Source: Pocillopora damicornis (Eukaryota). From it: a stretch of DNA of 64,000 bases. The notes under the pieces are model-generated. The model saw only the letters and a list, made by a program, of their open reading frames with translations, was not told the DNA's origin and did not search any database. Location: contig NW_020846460.1 of NCBI RefSeq assembly GCF_003704095.1, positions 1 through 64,000 of the forward strand. Reading direction: 5' to 3'. Positions 12,901 to 26,368 of the stretch are shown in pieces. Both the position numbers and the translations under genes were made by a program. The stretch's first letter is position 1; each line of letters starts with the position of its first letter.

Positions 12901-15900
12901 CTTACATAGAGCAATTTTATGAGGAGCAACCGAGGTATTCTTATTTTCTCTCTGTCCAAAATTCTCGCGCCTCCCTCTCAACCAATCAGATACGAAAGTA
13001 AATCACATAACCAGGTGAAGACTCGCATTTCCCGCGCTTGAAGCATTTTTAGTGTATTTTACTACGTTCTCGTTGGCTCCTTGTGTGATCTACCTTCGTT
13101 TTGATTGGCTGTTATGATAGCTTTTGTTTTACTTTCACGATGTTCAATCGAAAAGCATTTGAGTGGAAACATTATTTAATATACTGAGGTTACAATTACA
13201 AGGAAAATTATGATAGAATTTTTGCAGGTGTCTTGCGTTTTCTTACGTTAATTGAACTGGGTGTCTGTATTCTTGTTCCAAACAGTATCATTTACCCACA
13301 AAATCGCGCGGGAAAACCAGTTATTAATCCATCTGGTAAATACATGATTAAGCTGCGAATCAATGGAGTCTCAAGAAAGGTAAACTTACGGTGTATGTAT
13401 TTAGCCATCTTTTACAATCCACGCATTATTTTTTCATTTTTAATTACTTGCAAAAATTCAGTGCTCTGTTCACTGTTTGAAGGCCATTGGCTTTCGTTAA
13501 CGTATTGTTGCAGATCATGGTATAAGATTTGTACCTGAAAAAAAGTTGTTACTTGTCTCGTCTCTACCGTGAGAAAAATAGAAAAGTCTGATTGCCACAC
13601 TAGGAATCGAACCCCACACTGTCCTTTTCCCCGGTCTGATGCAATACCATTGAAAGTTGTTCGCAAGGTTCATAGGTGACAACATTCCTACATACCACTG
13701 GATGAGTATAGACGAGAGCAATGTGTTCATAGATAGAATATAACAGATGATTAATTTTAAATTCTGAGGCCTCTTTAGCTCAATAGTAGAGTATGGAACC
13801 CTAAAATCCAACGGTGTGTGGTTGGTTTCCCGTGGGTATGACATATTTTTCCGTTTTACGCTCGTGACAAAACAAATAACGCCCTTCCTCATTCAATGAC
13901 TAAGTTCGTAAACTTTTCATCTTTAATTTTTAAGTTTTAATTTCTTTACTTCTTTTCCCAGGTGATTATTGATGATACCCTTCCTGTTGGAAGAGATGGA
14001 GAACTGCTCTGCTCCTACTCCAACAATCGCAATGAAATGTGGGTCAGTCTTATTGAAAAGGCTTATTTAAAGGTAGGTCACTTCCCGTTCAAAAGTTAAC
14101 TTCTACTGTGTAGTTGACGTTTTCTTTGTTTACTTCACATTTTCTTATCTCTACGGGAAAATCTCAGCTTCCCACCCATCCTGTGGTAACACATCTTTTA
14201 TTGGACTTTTGATAACCGGACTCGCACATGTATGTCCTCAGGGAGGGGATAAGGGGGGAGACTTTGCCTGTTGAAGGTGATTTGCGTGATCCGTGAGTTT
14301 GATGATTTGTTTGTATTTAATGTTTTGTTTTGGACAGGTGATGGGAGGATACGATTTCCCCGGGTCCAACTCCGTAAGTAAATTCGCAGTAATATACAAA
14401 GTGCTAAGTGGTCAATACGCTGGACTCCAAGTCGAGAGGTCCTGGCTCGATTCTCGACCGGTCATTCTGTTGTGTTGTTAGACAAGTCACTCCACTCTTG
14501 CAGTGTCCTCCTGGAATATAATTATTCAATAGTTCCGAGTTTAGAAAGCTAAGTGGTCAACTGTACCGCGGGCATGCCAACGCCACGGCTTTGTCCAGTA
14601 GTCCAGTGGTCAGTGTACTGGGCTCCGAGTCGGACGACCCGGGTTCTAGTCCCGGCCGGGAAAGGCGTTGTGCCCTTGAGACATGCGGGAAAAAAATGCG
14701 AGCTCCGCTTTTAGGCTTGGCTAAATCTCTTTATTATGTCTTATGTGTGTTAGCAGACTCACAGTGTGATTCGCTTGTGGTCTAAAGCGTCTCGTAAGGA
14801 ACTAGACTCAGAGTAGGAATGTAGACTTTGAGTTTGGTCTTCCAATGAAGTACAGAGAGAGTAATTTTTTGCTGAAGTTTTGATAAGTTTTCTATTTCGT
14901 TTCAGAGCATTGACCTACACGCTCTTACAGGCTGGATTCCCGAGAGAATGTCGATAAAACGAAACAATCCAACGTTTAATGAGAGTATGCATTTCGATCG
15001 TCTCTTGAATGGAGTGAGAAGTGGTAAGACTTTTCCTTATATTTGTTTGTACAAACCCTTGTATGGGTAAAATGCAGGAAACAGTGACCGCTTTTTTTCT
15101 GATTTTTAGTGTCAAATGTCCATTACATTATAGTGCTAGCACAGAATTGGAGAGGACTTGGAATCAATGACAGAAAAGACAATTGCGAAAAAAGGCATTT
15201 TGGGCTACATCTGACCGATCAATTGATATCAATCAAGTTTAAAATTTTCGACCCGAATCGACTCAATTAATTTTTATATCAATTTTCGAAAGTGTCGTTT
15301 GCACAGATGGGAAATCGTCTTCTTTAGCCCGTCTGCTTGTGGCCACGAGTTTCCCATCTGGAGATCATCGCACCTTAAATCGTGATACCGTGAGAAAAAC
15401 ACTAAATTATTACCTCAAATCCTCAAAGAAGATATCTAGATCAAAACTGTGTCATGCTGACTCAAACTCTTCTCAACTGTCGCCAGATTAGTGTTTCAAT
15501 GTTAAATACTGGAAAGATGTAAACGATTGAACATGGCTGCGGGTTTTTACATCTGACGCAATGGAAAAAATGTAACCAACCACATCATTCATTTGTGTCC
15601 CAGGGGACTGTCTCGTCACGGTCGCAACAGGCCCAATGAGCGAAAGCGAGGCTGACCGAGCGGGACTTGTGCCCACTCATGCCTATGCATTGTTAGACAT
15701 CAGGAAAGTCAAGGTATGCCTGCCCTCCCTTTTTTCTGTCGTTACCTTGGTATTGCCACGCGTTGTAGGACGTAGAGCACGTTGGTCTTTCTTTAAACTT
15801 CTCACGCAATACACTGAAAAGCATTGTCATGAAAAATTACAAAGGACGAAGTTTGGTTTCGGAGATAACTTGAGGAGGACATTAAACGAGAAAATTGTAA

Positions 15901-18900
15901 AGATTTGAACGGAAATTCTACTCTAGCGCCGGTGTGTCCTTTAGTGAGGCCTTGTTAGCAAGGTCTGTTGAATAAGTAAGCATTTACAGCGAATGATTTA
16001 TTTGTAAAGTGACTTACTTTTCTTGAGCAGTGCTTGAATATCAAGTTTTAATTTTTTCTTTTTTTATATGCAGGGACATCGTCTTCTTCAACTCAAAAAT
16101 CCTTGGAGTCATTTGAGATGGAAAGTATGCACCTCACCTTATCAATCTCAGTTATTTGTTGAGTGTTTTTGTAAACAGAATGTCGGGAAAATTTCCAGAC
16201 CTGATTGGCTGAGACAGCGACATCTCAACTTTGACTGTTGAGATCAGATTCGATTGCTTTTTCTCCACTCAATGCGCTTTGCAGGAAAAGGCAAGCGTAT
16301 CCTATATTTAAACAGTATCAACATTTCTTGAAACCAGCTAATTATGATTTTACAGGGAAAATTCTCCGAAATGGACTCAACTAGTTGGACGCCGGAGCTT
16401 CAGAGAGCCTTGAACTACGACAGGAAAAGTGCTATACAGATTGACAATGGTAAAAATGTGGAGCATTGTATGTCATTAAGCGTTCCTTTATCCTCCCCTT
16501 GAGAGCGTCAGGTTCGTCTCCCTACCCTTCCCTTCTCTGACTAAAAACTCACAAACAAATATTATTGTTATTCGGTGGGGTTAGGTAGCAATATGGCTCA
16601 AGTAAACATGTATTTGGATAGCCAGGGTTGGTGGCCGTTTTAACGAACAAAAACGGTTTAACGAACCACAAAAAAATGCATACTATAGACTGTATTCAAT
16701 AAATAGGGGTGGCAATCCAGTAGAGTTACCTTTGCCCTTAGTAGGTTTACATATCCCCCCCCCCCCCCCCCGTGTGTCTTCCCAACCCCTTGGGGGCTTA
16801 TTAGAGCGCCCCTGTGTGTCTTTGTGTGCTTACCGGTTACAAGTGTTTTCCTCTAGATATAGAATCAAGGGATTTTTCTGTACACGATTATTCCAAATTT
16901 CGAACAACCCCACCCAGATCAGATGTATGTTGTAGTATTTTTTCCCTTTCTTTAAATGCTTCTCTGTTTCTCTCTCATCAGGAGTATTTTGGATCAGCTG
17001 GGAATGCGTTATGCAGTTTTTCGACGTGATCTACATGAACTGGAACCCCAAACTCTTCAAATATCGCTTTTCTCTGCACTCGTAAGTGTCATTGAGGCCT
17101 TTTGACTTCCTCCCTCAAGCTGCTACACATTTCGTTGTAAATTAGTTATGATAATTTATATTTTATATCAAATGCCCAAATCCTAACAAAAACGTTTATA
17201 AATGCCTAATCGTAAGATTGAGCTATACATATTCGTAAACTATGTGATTGAAATGTAATGGCAGAAAACCAATTATGGTATTTTAAAGTAACCAAGGAAA
17301 AACCAAAATGATACTACTAAAAATAAGCAATTTAGTAATAATAAATGTGTGACAAAATAAGACTTAAAAAAAAAGCTAAAAAGGAAAAGATAGATTTAAG
17401 TGTTTTAATTGTTGGTTTTGAGTCGGATTTTTCCATTTGATAAACATGACCTCGTTTACATTCATTTGAAAAACTAAGACGACAGAATCAATTCGTTTAA
17501 GACTCTACCGAGCATGAGTTATGACAAGCCTTGGAAGATTGTAAGTACTTGTCAACATGTGAAGCCTTGTCCGACAGATGGTGCTCATTATTGCGTCTAC
17601 AAATGTAGCGAGTGGTTTCACTAATGTGACAGGCCTTACTGCCAGCACATGCTGAAATTATTTGAAAAGGAATTCTAGCTCGTGTTCTAATCTTCATGTA
17701 AAATTTTTCAGAAATGCTACTGACCCCATCATGAATATCGAGCGTCTGTGCTAACTGCTAGTTAACTCGTGTGAAATATAAGTATGCGTGCATGCGGCAT
17801 CTTTTATTTGCTTTGATTAGCAACAAAAATAATAACAATACCTGTAAAGTGATTTTAAGCGTAAAAAGTTGGACCAACAAGAAAGGTATTGCTGAGAGGG
17901 AAAACTCTTAATTTCCCTGAGAAAATCTCTCAACGCCGAGATAATCATAGGAACTGAGTATCAACAAGAGACAGAATTTCTCGTTCTGGCGGCTATACAT
18001 GCTCTGGGCCAAATTAATCCTTGATAATGTAAATGTGATTTTTCTTTTATCTCAGAATTTTCACCATTATCTGACACACAATGAACCAAAAATCTATATA
18101 ACTTGAACATTTTTCAACCAGAAACAAATTTGAACATCGACGTACTTAAGTGAAAGGTTTCTCGATATTTTTTATTAGTATTTTACTGCATGCATTTCAC
18201 TTAGGTACAGTTTCTTGAGCTGACGTTTCGAGCGTCAACCCTTCTTCAGAGCGAAACAGAAGGTAATATGCTATGGTCGCCATAGACACGGTTTGGTTAA
18301 TAAATGTAAGAAAGGCTTAATTACTGGTATTGTTTCGTCTCCTAGGACCTGGACATCTGCTGAAGGACCCAAGAAAGACGTTTATAATATCGGTAAGTTC
18401 TTTGACCTTCGATCTCTGTGATATCAAGCTTTACGCCAATTTAGCTTTCACCCACTTTGAGAGGCGTACGACTGAACACAGACAAATGTATCAAAGAAGA
18501 CTTTATTTTATGCAGAAAACTTCCATTAAACAATAGGATGGGCTTGCACCTTTTTTAAATCCTTTATGCTTGCCATCCTCTTGAAAGCATTATAGCAAAC
18601 TCCACGAATTTTTTTGTTTCGAGCCAAATTGTCCATTTGGCCTTTTTACTTTTGAGAGTGCCGGATCGTCTGTTTGAAGTTTGAGAATTTTCAACATTTT
18701 TCTGTATTGTCAGGGGTCGCCACTTTAGTTATGTTTATGTTTCAATTTCTGAACGACTGTGTATAAAAGAATATCATATATTTGAACTGCGGATTAATAA
18801 TATTTTCATTACTGCTTAAGTAGTTTTTATTAAGTAGTTTTTATTACTGCGAAGATCTTTTTCATCTTCAATAAGTTTTTTTCCCTGTTTGCGATCTATT

Positions 18901-21900
18901 GAAAAAAGTGTATATCAGTGTAGTATTTGTACCTATTTCAAATGGACAGGATGACCATTTAATTCAAAGTGGATGTAATTAAGTTGAACAAATAGAAACA
19001 GATGATTGAAAGAGATGTATAATATATTTGTCTCATATTAGTCGTCTGTGAAGAAGCGGAAATGAAGAGATTTTCCTTTGTGAAAAAAACACTGTTTCTT
19101 TATTTTTTTTGGTCATTGAAATTCGCTTGAATGCTTCATTATTGACTTTAACAGTCGCCTGATGTTTCCGTGAGATAATGAAAATACTGCGCGTTTAAAA
19201 GTCTTTCGGTAGGAGGTGAAATATAATCATCAATGATGCGTAGTTCCGTTTTGGAGGCAATCTGTGTCCTGGCTTAGACCAAATGATCGTTATTAAGTAA
19301 TATTCTGCTGGCATTTTGACTTAACGATTTCATTGATTGTACGTACAAATATAAATAGATAGTCCATGATGTCAGATGTAACGCGAAAAGAGCGTGCTTG
19401 ACCTCGGCCTTCGTCTAACTCTTATTTTTACTTCGTTTATTTATAAGAGAAAGGCCATGACAGGACGTTAGCTTTGCGTACCGAACGCTTAAAAGCTGCG
19501 TATGGCATTCTCACGATAAAACTGATCTCGAACGTTAGAAAGGCATACTTGATACAAACAGTTACTTTATTACGGTTCTTTTTCCCAGTCGGCGGTTTTT
19601 AAACCGTGGATTGTGATAAAAGCCATTTGGGCCCATGCCGCCAGGTTACTGAGTAGCTTCAAAGTGGCAGCGTCCATGGTCAACATTTTTAGCACATTTT
19701 TAAAGATAGTTTTCGAACGGTCAGGTCGTATTTTGGCCGCCCAACCCGCGGTTACTGGTAACTTATTTACTTTTTTAATGGCGGGGATAAAGTGACTTGG
19801 TTTTCCGGTGCATGTCATCAGTTATCCTCAGTAACATTGTGGAAAAAATATGGATTCCTGTATGGAGCGACTACAAGGCCAGCAGTGTAACTACATCATA
19901 GAGTGCTTTTCGTTCAAGTTTTGTGGAACCCAAATTAAAGTAATCACAACAGCCAATCGGGAAAGGAAAATTTTCATAAGGAGCCGATCAGAACTAAAAG
20001 AAAAAACAAGTGAACTGCGCTTAGCGCGGGGAAACCCAGGTGACTAAGTTGCGATTGGTTTTAGTGCTGGGGAGAGAAAGTGGCGCGAGTTTTATTGGCC
20101 AATCGGAGCGAAGTTACGCAAAACCACAGCAATCCCGATTTACTCTCGATACTCAATGGAAAATTGCTCATAAACCCTTTCAACGTGTGCTACAATGAAT
20201 GTAAGGTAGCGGTGTGGAGATGTTATTGGTGATATCAGTGCTTTTGTTTAACAGGAGACAATCCGCAGTACAAACTGGAGTTACTTTCCTCTGACAGAGA
20301 TACTGTGGTCTGGATCCTTCTTACCCGGCACATCACACAAAAGGTACACTTGCGATAGATAATAGTGACTTTTTGCCCTTTTGTGAACACTTCGAGAGAA
20401 GAATACCGGTTTCGCCATATCACGGTTTGATGTAAAAAACGCGTAGCTTAGAGTGATTCGATCTTCTATCACTCACACGTTATGCCACGTTTCAACACCT
20501 TTAAAAATTCACTCGCTAACCTTCGAAAAAGGAACACACATTGTCTACCAGGGTCGTGGAGGACATGTTGGTTTTGTTAGCGCGCTGGATTCTGAGTCGA
20601 AAGGTCTGAGTTCGAGCCATGACCGGTTCATGGTCTTACATCTCTGGTTAGGCATCTTACTTTCACATTGCCCCGCGTCATGTCCCCCAGGAAGTAAAGA
20701 TAGGTTTAAGTGAATTGTCACGGAAACTTGAAGAAATGCGAGAGGATGCTGGCAATTGGCTTTCACCCCCAGCCAATAGGAATATCTTCAAGGGTTTATG
20801 GATTTTTCGCCCCATTGCAATTTCGCCCCTTACCAGTTCGCCCCACTAAGACGAGGTCGCCTGTTCAAATACGACGAGGTCGCCTGTTCAAATACGACGA
20901 GGTCGCCTCCAAATCGTTAACTCATTTCCTTACGTACTCGGCGAGGTAGGACGAACAAGTAAGGGGCGAACTTGCTATGGGCGAAACCTCCAGTCAACGC
21001 TCTCAGTAACTTCATACCTCAAAAGTCTGACAGCTTTGCCAGTCAACCAGGTGTATGAACCCTTCATGTATTATCTGTCTATAACAAAGAAGAATATTTT
21101 GCGGACGAGTGTGGTTTCTGGTTTCTATCTCGAGAAGCAAGCGAATTGATGTTAATCTGCTATATTTTAGGATGATTTTGCAGAAAACAAGGAGTTCATA
21201 ACCGTTCATGTGTATAAGTCAGATGGTGGAAGGGTGTTTTATCCGGGTTAGTGAATAATGTGAGAATATAAAATACTACTTAAATTAGGAGAGAAGGGGT
21301 TGTTGATGCGGAAACCGAGTATGTGTTAATAATTTTTCTTCGCTTTTTGTTCGGCGTTTTTATTTATCTAGTCTTTTTTCCTTTGTTTTGTTTTCAAAAC
21401 CTTTATTCCTAGTTTGGGCTTCGACTATCCCCGCAATAACCGAAAATTTCAGAGATGTCGTAATTGTTAACAGTACTGAGAATTCTTTGACTAGTTTTAT
21501 TTTGTTTTTAACAATAGAGAGACAATTATGGAGAAGTACTTTATTTCATGCAAATCATTTTGCCATCTCCACCCGCAAATAGCAAAAGCTAGACGAGGCG
21601 GGCGGAGAGGAAAGGTTACAGCAGTCATAACAGATAATATAATAATTGTAAAGTAACTAAATAAACAAAATATATAGTCTTACAGAATGATATTACAATC
21701 AAATTTACTACTAACAGAACTATCAATTATATACATTGAGTCGAGGATGCAGAATTTGCCATTTTTTGTAGGAGAATGGGCACTTCAAGGGAGAGGATAC
21801 ATACTTTTTTTTTTCTTGCTTCAGACAACCCACTCTTGGAAGGCACTAAAATAAACAGTCCATTTTACCTCGCTAAACTAAATGCCCCGAAAGGAACAAA

Positions 21901-23169
21901 CCGCTTCACACTTGTTGTCTCTCAGTATGAAAAAACAAATACAATTCACTACACGCTGAAGGTATGTGTATCGTGTATCGTGTATCGTTCTTCTTTCTTA
22001 AATGCCCTTTCCACAACCATCTCTTTACCTATAACTCTGACTGGCTTCTTGAAGGCTTGTCTTTGGCGCGTTGAACGCGTAACACCCCAAAATCCTGCTG
22101 CGAAGAAAACCAGTGGTTAAATTGCCAGTGTAAGATTTCAAATAGATTTCATGTTGTCGTGCGTCTGTTTAGTTTGAAATCCTGTGTTGACCACCGTGCG
22201 TTATTTCTGTATTTATCGTAGGTTTTTTCTTCAACTGAATTCCGTTTATCTCCAGTTCCTGTCCCCTACACAGTTGAAAAGCAGGTAAGTTCCTGCAGAC
22301 GCCATAACCTGATCTTGATTCTCGTCGCACACTGATTCTTAAAATTCAGTGTTCGAAGTTAAGTCGTCGCATCTACTAACCTTTGGATTAGACAAACACC
22401 CTCTCTTTTTCGTTTTTTTACAGGTGACTGGTGAATGGAGGGGAAAATTAGCCGGTGGCTGCCCCAACTTCTCTTCACATTCCAATAATCCCGTGTATCG
22501 CCTGCAAATCAAGGCAAATTCACCCTCAGAAACTGCTGAAGTTCTACTAAAACTGCGAGGGCCCAAGTAAGTTCATGTCGTTGACCGGCTCTAAAATTGT
22601 TTTGATCTACTGTTTGAGTTTTGAAATTTCTCATCGCCATTTCAAGTGAATGTAATACCAAGGTTTTTTTGTATTTGTATTTTCCTTCGATATTTAGGCA
22701 GTTTTCAGTTGGAGCCATATTTCGTTCTGTAGAGCTCGCCTCGGATGGGAGACCCATTTACGAGGCGTACTCTGAAACCTACAGGTAAGTAAATGTAGAT
22801 TCCCGTACTCAGAGTCTACCTGAAACATTTAATGAACTCAAAAATCTACCGGCTGTCTCTGATTATGTGGGAAAATTAGCGGAAGCTTTTAAATCTGTTC
22901 CTCAAAGTCGTATATGCTACTTCTTACTTCGCAAGGCCTTTTGGAGTTTTATGAAATGAGGAATAACGAGGCCTTTGCACGGGAGGCTAATTTTTATGGA
23001 TTTGAGTTTTTTTTCTTACTTTCGTAGGCCTGGCTTTTACGTTCAGCAGCTGACCAGAGTGCCCACGGGCACATATGACGTGATTCCTTCGACTTTTCAC
23101 CCAGGACAAGAGGGGCCTTTCATATTGACGATATCAGCAAGCTGTAAAATGGCACTGGGAAAAAAGTAG
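6998..23169 (+). CDS. CAPN7: Calpain-7 (PalB homologue), 25 coding exons, 806 aa
   Basis: Exons: 6998-7214, 7721-7761, 7887-8003, 8862-8932, 9428-9604, 10219-10305, 10991-11053, 11218-11281, 12058-12143, 13286-13379, 13962-14072, 14338-14373, 14906-15023, 15604-15713, 16074-16124, 16356-16449, 16982-17081, 18346-18392, 20255-20343, 21171-21246, 21825-21961, 22222-22284, 22424-22566, 22698-22784, 23028-23169 (2421 nt, phases consistent). The protein has two N-terminal MIT domains, the catalytic triad QTIVSDCSF / PTHAY / KNPW, and C-terminal calpain-III domains ([18 protein letters not shown]). AATAAA at 23708. Confidence 0.97.
8560..8771. mobile_element. piggyBac-type MITE in calpain-7 intron 3
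   Basis: TTAA at 8560-8563 and 8768-8771 flank the TIRs CCCTTAAACTCCC / GGGAGTTAAAGGG. Confidence 0.85.
8990..9190. mobile_element. Degenerate piggyBac-type MITE
   Basis: Ends in gttagggtgtgaagggttaa and shares the ttctccttacaatatc motif with the 8560 family. Relatives occur at ~12210-12390 and ~58030-58240. Confidence 0.65.
10603..10624 (+). repeat. Poly-G run (22 nt)
   Basis: Seen directly. A poly-C run (17 nt) also occurs at 16755-16771. Confidence 0.9.
11717..11945 (+). mobile_element. tRNA-derived SINE
   Basis: A-box-like ggatgccgtggtagtgagag and B-box-like ggggtcgattcccgg, followed by a body and a short-repeat tail. Confidence 0.75.
12907..13160. mobile_element. CCAAT-rich MITE family copy
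   Basis: Contains aaccaatcaga, ttcccgcgctt and tgattggct. Inverted relatives occur at ~19899-20170 and ~27785-28060, with a partial copy at ~52560-52670. Confidence 0.7.
13530..13925. mobile_element. Two divergently oriented degenerate tRNA-derived repeat units
   Basis: The - strand carries a B-box (ggaatcgaacccc at ~13603). The + strand carries tagctcaatagtagag ... cgctcgtgacaaaac. Same family as ~27630-28200. Confidence 0.6.
14385..14740 (+). mobile_element. Two tRNA-derived SINE copies in calpain-7 intron 12
   Basis: One reads tagtccagtggtcagtgtactgggctccgagtcggacgacccgggttctagtcccggcc (A and B boxes). An older copy precedes it at 14400-14520. Confidence 0.7.
18218..18254 (-). ncRNA. Solo minimal hammerhead ribozyme with intact core, antisense within calpain-7 intron 17
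   Basis: Reverse complement reads tcgct-CTGAAGA-a-gggt-tgac-gctc-GAAAC-GTC-agct. CUGANGA, GAAA and GUC are intact. Stem II and a 3-bp stem I (gct/agc) can form. Confidence 0.75.
19899..20170. mobile_element. CCAAT-rich MITE family copy
   Basis: Termini tagagtgcttttc ... gaaaattgctc with internal agccaatc / gattgg. Confidence 0.7.
20555..20770 (+). mobile_element. tRNA-derived SINE (degenerate)
   Basis: Head gttagcgcgctggattctgagtcgaaaggtctgagttcgagcc followed by a body similar to the 14400-14520 copy. Confidence 0.6.
20800..20993. mobile_element. MITE with TIRs and internal 23-bp tandem repeat
   Basis: Left ttcgcccc repeats face right ggggcgaa repeats. gacgaggtcgcctgttcaaatac occurs ~2.5 times at 20850-20908. 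Confidence 0.7.
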
Positions 23170-23992
23170 ACAGTCCCACAGTTCACTTTTCTTAGAGCGG
23201 TAAAATGAGCCTGCGGTCTTGTCACTGGTGAGAAAAGATTGGCTCTTCCTCACTCTCTCACTGGTATTGCTTTCTTTCCAGCGAGTTAAGTCTAGATTTG
23301 GAGAAAAGTAGGTTCAATGGATTTAGAGGAAAACTATTGGTTGAGAATCTGAAATAAGGACAGAATGCAACTAAAGGCTGAAAGCCGCCAAATAAGGAAA
23401 TTCACAATTCCTAAAAAGTCAGATCTTGAAAAGTAAGAGAATTTTGATAGAAGGCGATAATGCCTAATATGAATGCACAGCTGTTGCAGTCGTTTTTTAA
23501 TTCAATTGATAATTTGATAAAAATACTGAAAGCGGAGAATATGATAGTAAAATATTGAAATTTCTCGAAATGAATTTTGAAATTTCATACCTTTCTGAAG
23601 GATACAGATTAAAATCATCTTTAAAAAGATGATTAACTTAACTCTGTGAAGTCCTGGTATAGTTAATACTTTTTATCTCTGTAGAAATGTGTGGAAGTAA
23701 ATTGGTGAATAAACGCTTTATCTTACAGCGAACTTATCTGAGTAAAACTGGTAGGTTTGAAAAGGAGATCAAACTAAACATGTATTAGGGAGAAAGTATT
23801 CTGAGGTGACACTAACATTTTGTTGCAGCCAATAACCTCGTATAAATATGCGCATCAACCTTTGCATCTTTTCTGCGAAACAGGATGTAGTATTCATTTT
23901 GAGTATACACCCAATTGCAAAAACGTGACACCTTAAAGCGTCAGTAATAAACGATGAGACCCAACGGCTTCATGGGTAGACATGTACACGAT

Positions 23993-24630
23993 GATTAAAG
24001 ATTATTCGCCGAAGGCAAAGTGAATATTGTTGAGTAATCCCCCACACGAAGTCGACGGGATTATTCAACAATATTCTCTGGGCCTGGGACGAATAATTGG
24101 TGTAGTATAATTGCTTAGGTGTTTTCAAATTCTGTTGTAAATTCGTTTTATTGTTGAAACCATTCTGTTACAATTGATATGATTTTAATTGAACCAGGAA
24201 AAACTTCATATCTTTCTTTTGAATAGTGTTACGCCAAACTTAATAACATCTTTTGGATTCTTCGGAATTGAATTTTCTTCTATCGCGTTTGTCACTTCCT
24301 CGGTAACATTGACAAAACGCAGGGCAGATATTTTTAAATTTAGCGCTGCTGCTATAGTCACCTCGCGCGAGGTGACTATAACGAGATATGACGCAATCCT
24401 CGACCAATCGTGCGCATCTTCATAATCATCGAAGCAATCATACCAACAACAATTAGTTGCACATAGTAAATGATAGAAGCCATCCACACTTTCCCGAATG
24501 AAAAGAATTGTCATAGACAAATAATCCATGAATAATGGATAAAAATAAGGCCGTTTTGCCATAACGCCGTTGTCTCATTGCTCGTGAATCATGCTTTTCA
24601 GGTGTCAACCTTTTTGCAATAGCATAAATT
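23993..24630 (-). mobile_element. Non-autonomous Crypton-like element remnant
   Basis: The - strand ORF segment RFVNVTEEVTNAIEENSIPKNPKDVIKFGVTLF resembles the N-terminus of Crypton/DUF3504 tyrosine-recombinase proteins (recognised from memory). It also has a ttcgccgaaggcaaagtgaata terminal hairpin. Confidence 0.55.
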
Positions 24631-26368
24631 TCCGGTCTACTTATATCGATATATATAAATCGGTATAGCTGTAACAAAGAAGTATAAATATGAATTTGAA
24701 CTCTTCCCTACGTGAGTGATGAAAATAACTGACGGGGTGAACTTTGTTTAATTGTTGTATTTTGGAGGCTATCTTTGATCTTTGATCTTTGCACACAGAA
24801 CTGACAGGGAAGTATGAAATTCTATTTCCTTTTTTTCCTTTTAATTACTAAAAGAAATTGTACACATTAAAATGTCGCCGTTTCGTTAAATGTTACATGT
24901 GAATTATTTTTCTGTAACAATGTATGAAACATTTAACTAGACGACGCCATTAATAAAAATTCAATGTCTACATGATGTAAATATTAATTTTAAATGGATG
25001 GAATACGACCTGTTTAGCCATATTACACACTGAGCCCAAAAAAAGCATTTGAAGTTTAAGAGGTTATTATGTTTGTATTTCATTATGTTACTTTACAAAT
25101 ATATTTGTGAAATCATGTTCTTAAGTTTGGGTAAAGTAAAGAGTAAAGAAAACTACCATTTGCTGAAAGCCAAGAGTTGAACCGTTCTCAGTGAAATAGC
25201 CATGGGTTTCTTCGAATAAATTATAACAAAATTAAACAAAAACAGAAAAGAAAGAAGTAGGCAGCAGGCTAGTTCCCCTCGTCCATTTATTGACTTATTT
25301 TGGTGTGCGTGGGAGTTCAACACATGAACAAATCCTTTTAAATATCGCCAGTTCAATTGATTTGAATTTGTTTGCTTGTAAATTTCTATACTTTGAATAT
25401 AAAATTAGCGTGTGTGGAATTTTCCTTTCAAAATTTACCGACTCAGTGGCCAATTATCAATCAGTAGAAGTGATTAGAATTTTCAAGTGGCTTAGTAAAC
25501 ATATTGATTACCATTTCATTTTATTTCCTGTGAAAGTTGACATTTGTTCCAAGCACGCAAACAATACATTTGATTTCTCGTCGTGGTCTCGTCTACTTTT
25601 CCATCAAGCGATGGCTTTTGAAATATAATTCACAAACTGGACCTATTTAAAGGTAAGTTTGTGAGATATTTGTAATTTTCTATTCAGTTGTGATCAGTTT
25701 GGTATTCGTACCTGGATTTGATTTGTGAATGAGCGAGATGCCAGTTCGTCGCTGGAAAGAAGTTAGAAAAAAAGAATATTCCGCAAATGTAAAACGACAA
25801 AGTAAGTTTAAATCCAGGTTCCTTATCGTACAGTTTTTTATGGGTTTATATGATATTCAATTACTTTGGAAAACCGATTGTGTGCAACGTTTTACGGAAG
25901 TCCGGCCTGAAAATTTGTGTCGCATTATAAAGCTGCCAAAATTTTATTTTAGGATGTTTGTTCGACACAACTGTTTAAATTGCCGCAACGATAAACTGAA
26001 TTTTTGCATTAAGGTTTTATTAGTGCGATAAAATTCAGTATATCTGGCGCTAATACCAATCGTCTCTTAAATTATTCTCGCAAAATTCTCTCAAAAACGA
26101 TAATCGTACGTCCAATTCACTCGTTGAAAATAATCATTACTGAGATTAGCAGAGTTTACTGCTGGTTAAAAAATGAGCTAAAATTTGAAGTGCGCCCATG
26201 ATTTGGGCACACATTGTGCATATGACGCGCTTAGTTAGAGGGTGATTAGCCGTCTTACATTTTAGTATTTGTAGACCCTCTGTGTAAACCTTGTTGGCCC
26301 AACTGGTATCAACATATATTGGAAGTGTATTTTTTTTCGCTCGTTTTCTAGAATCTGTCGGCTGCGAA

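Noticed and set aside
20850-20908. 23-bp direct repeats as a CRISPR-like array
   Set aside because: They are head-to-tail with no spacers, inside a eukaryotic MITE.
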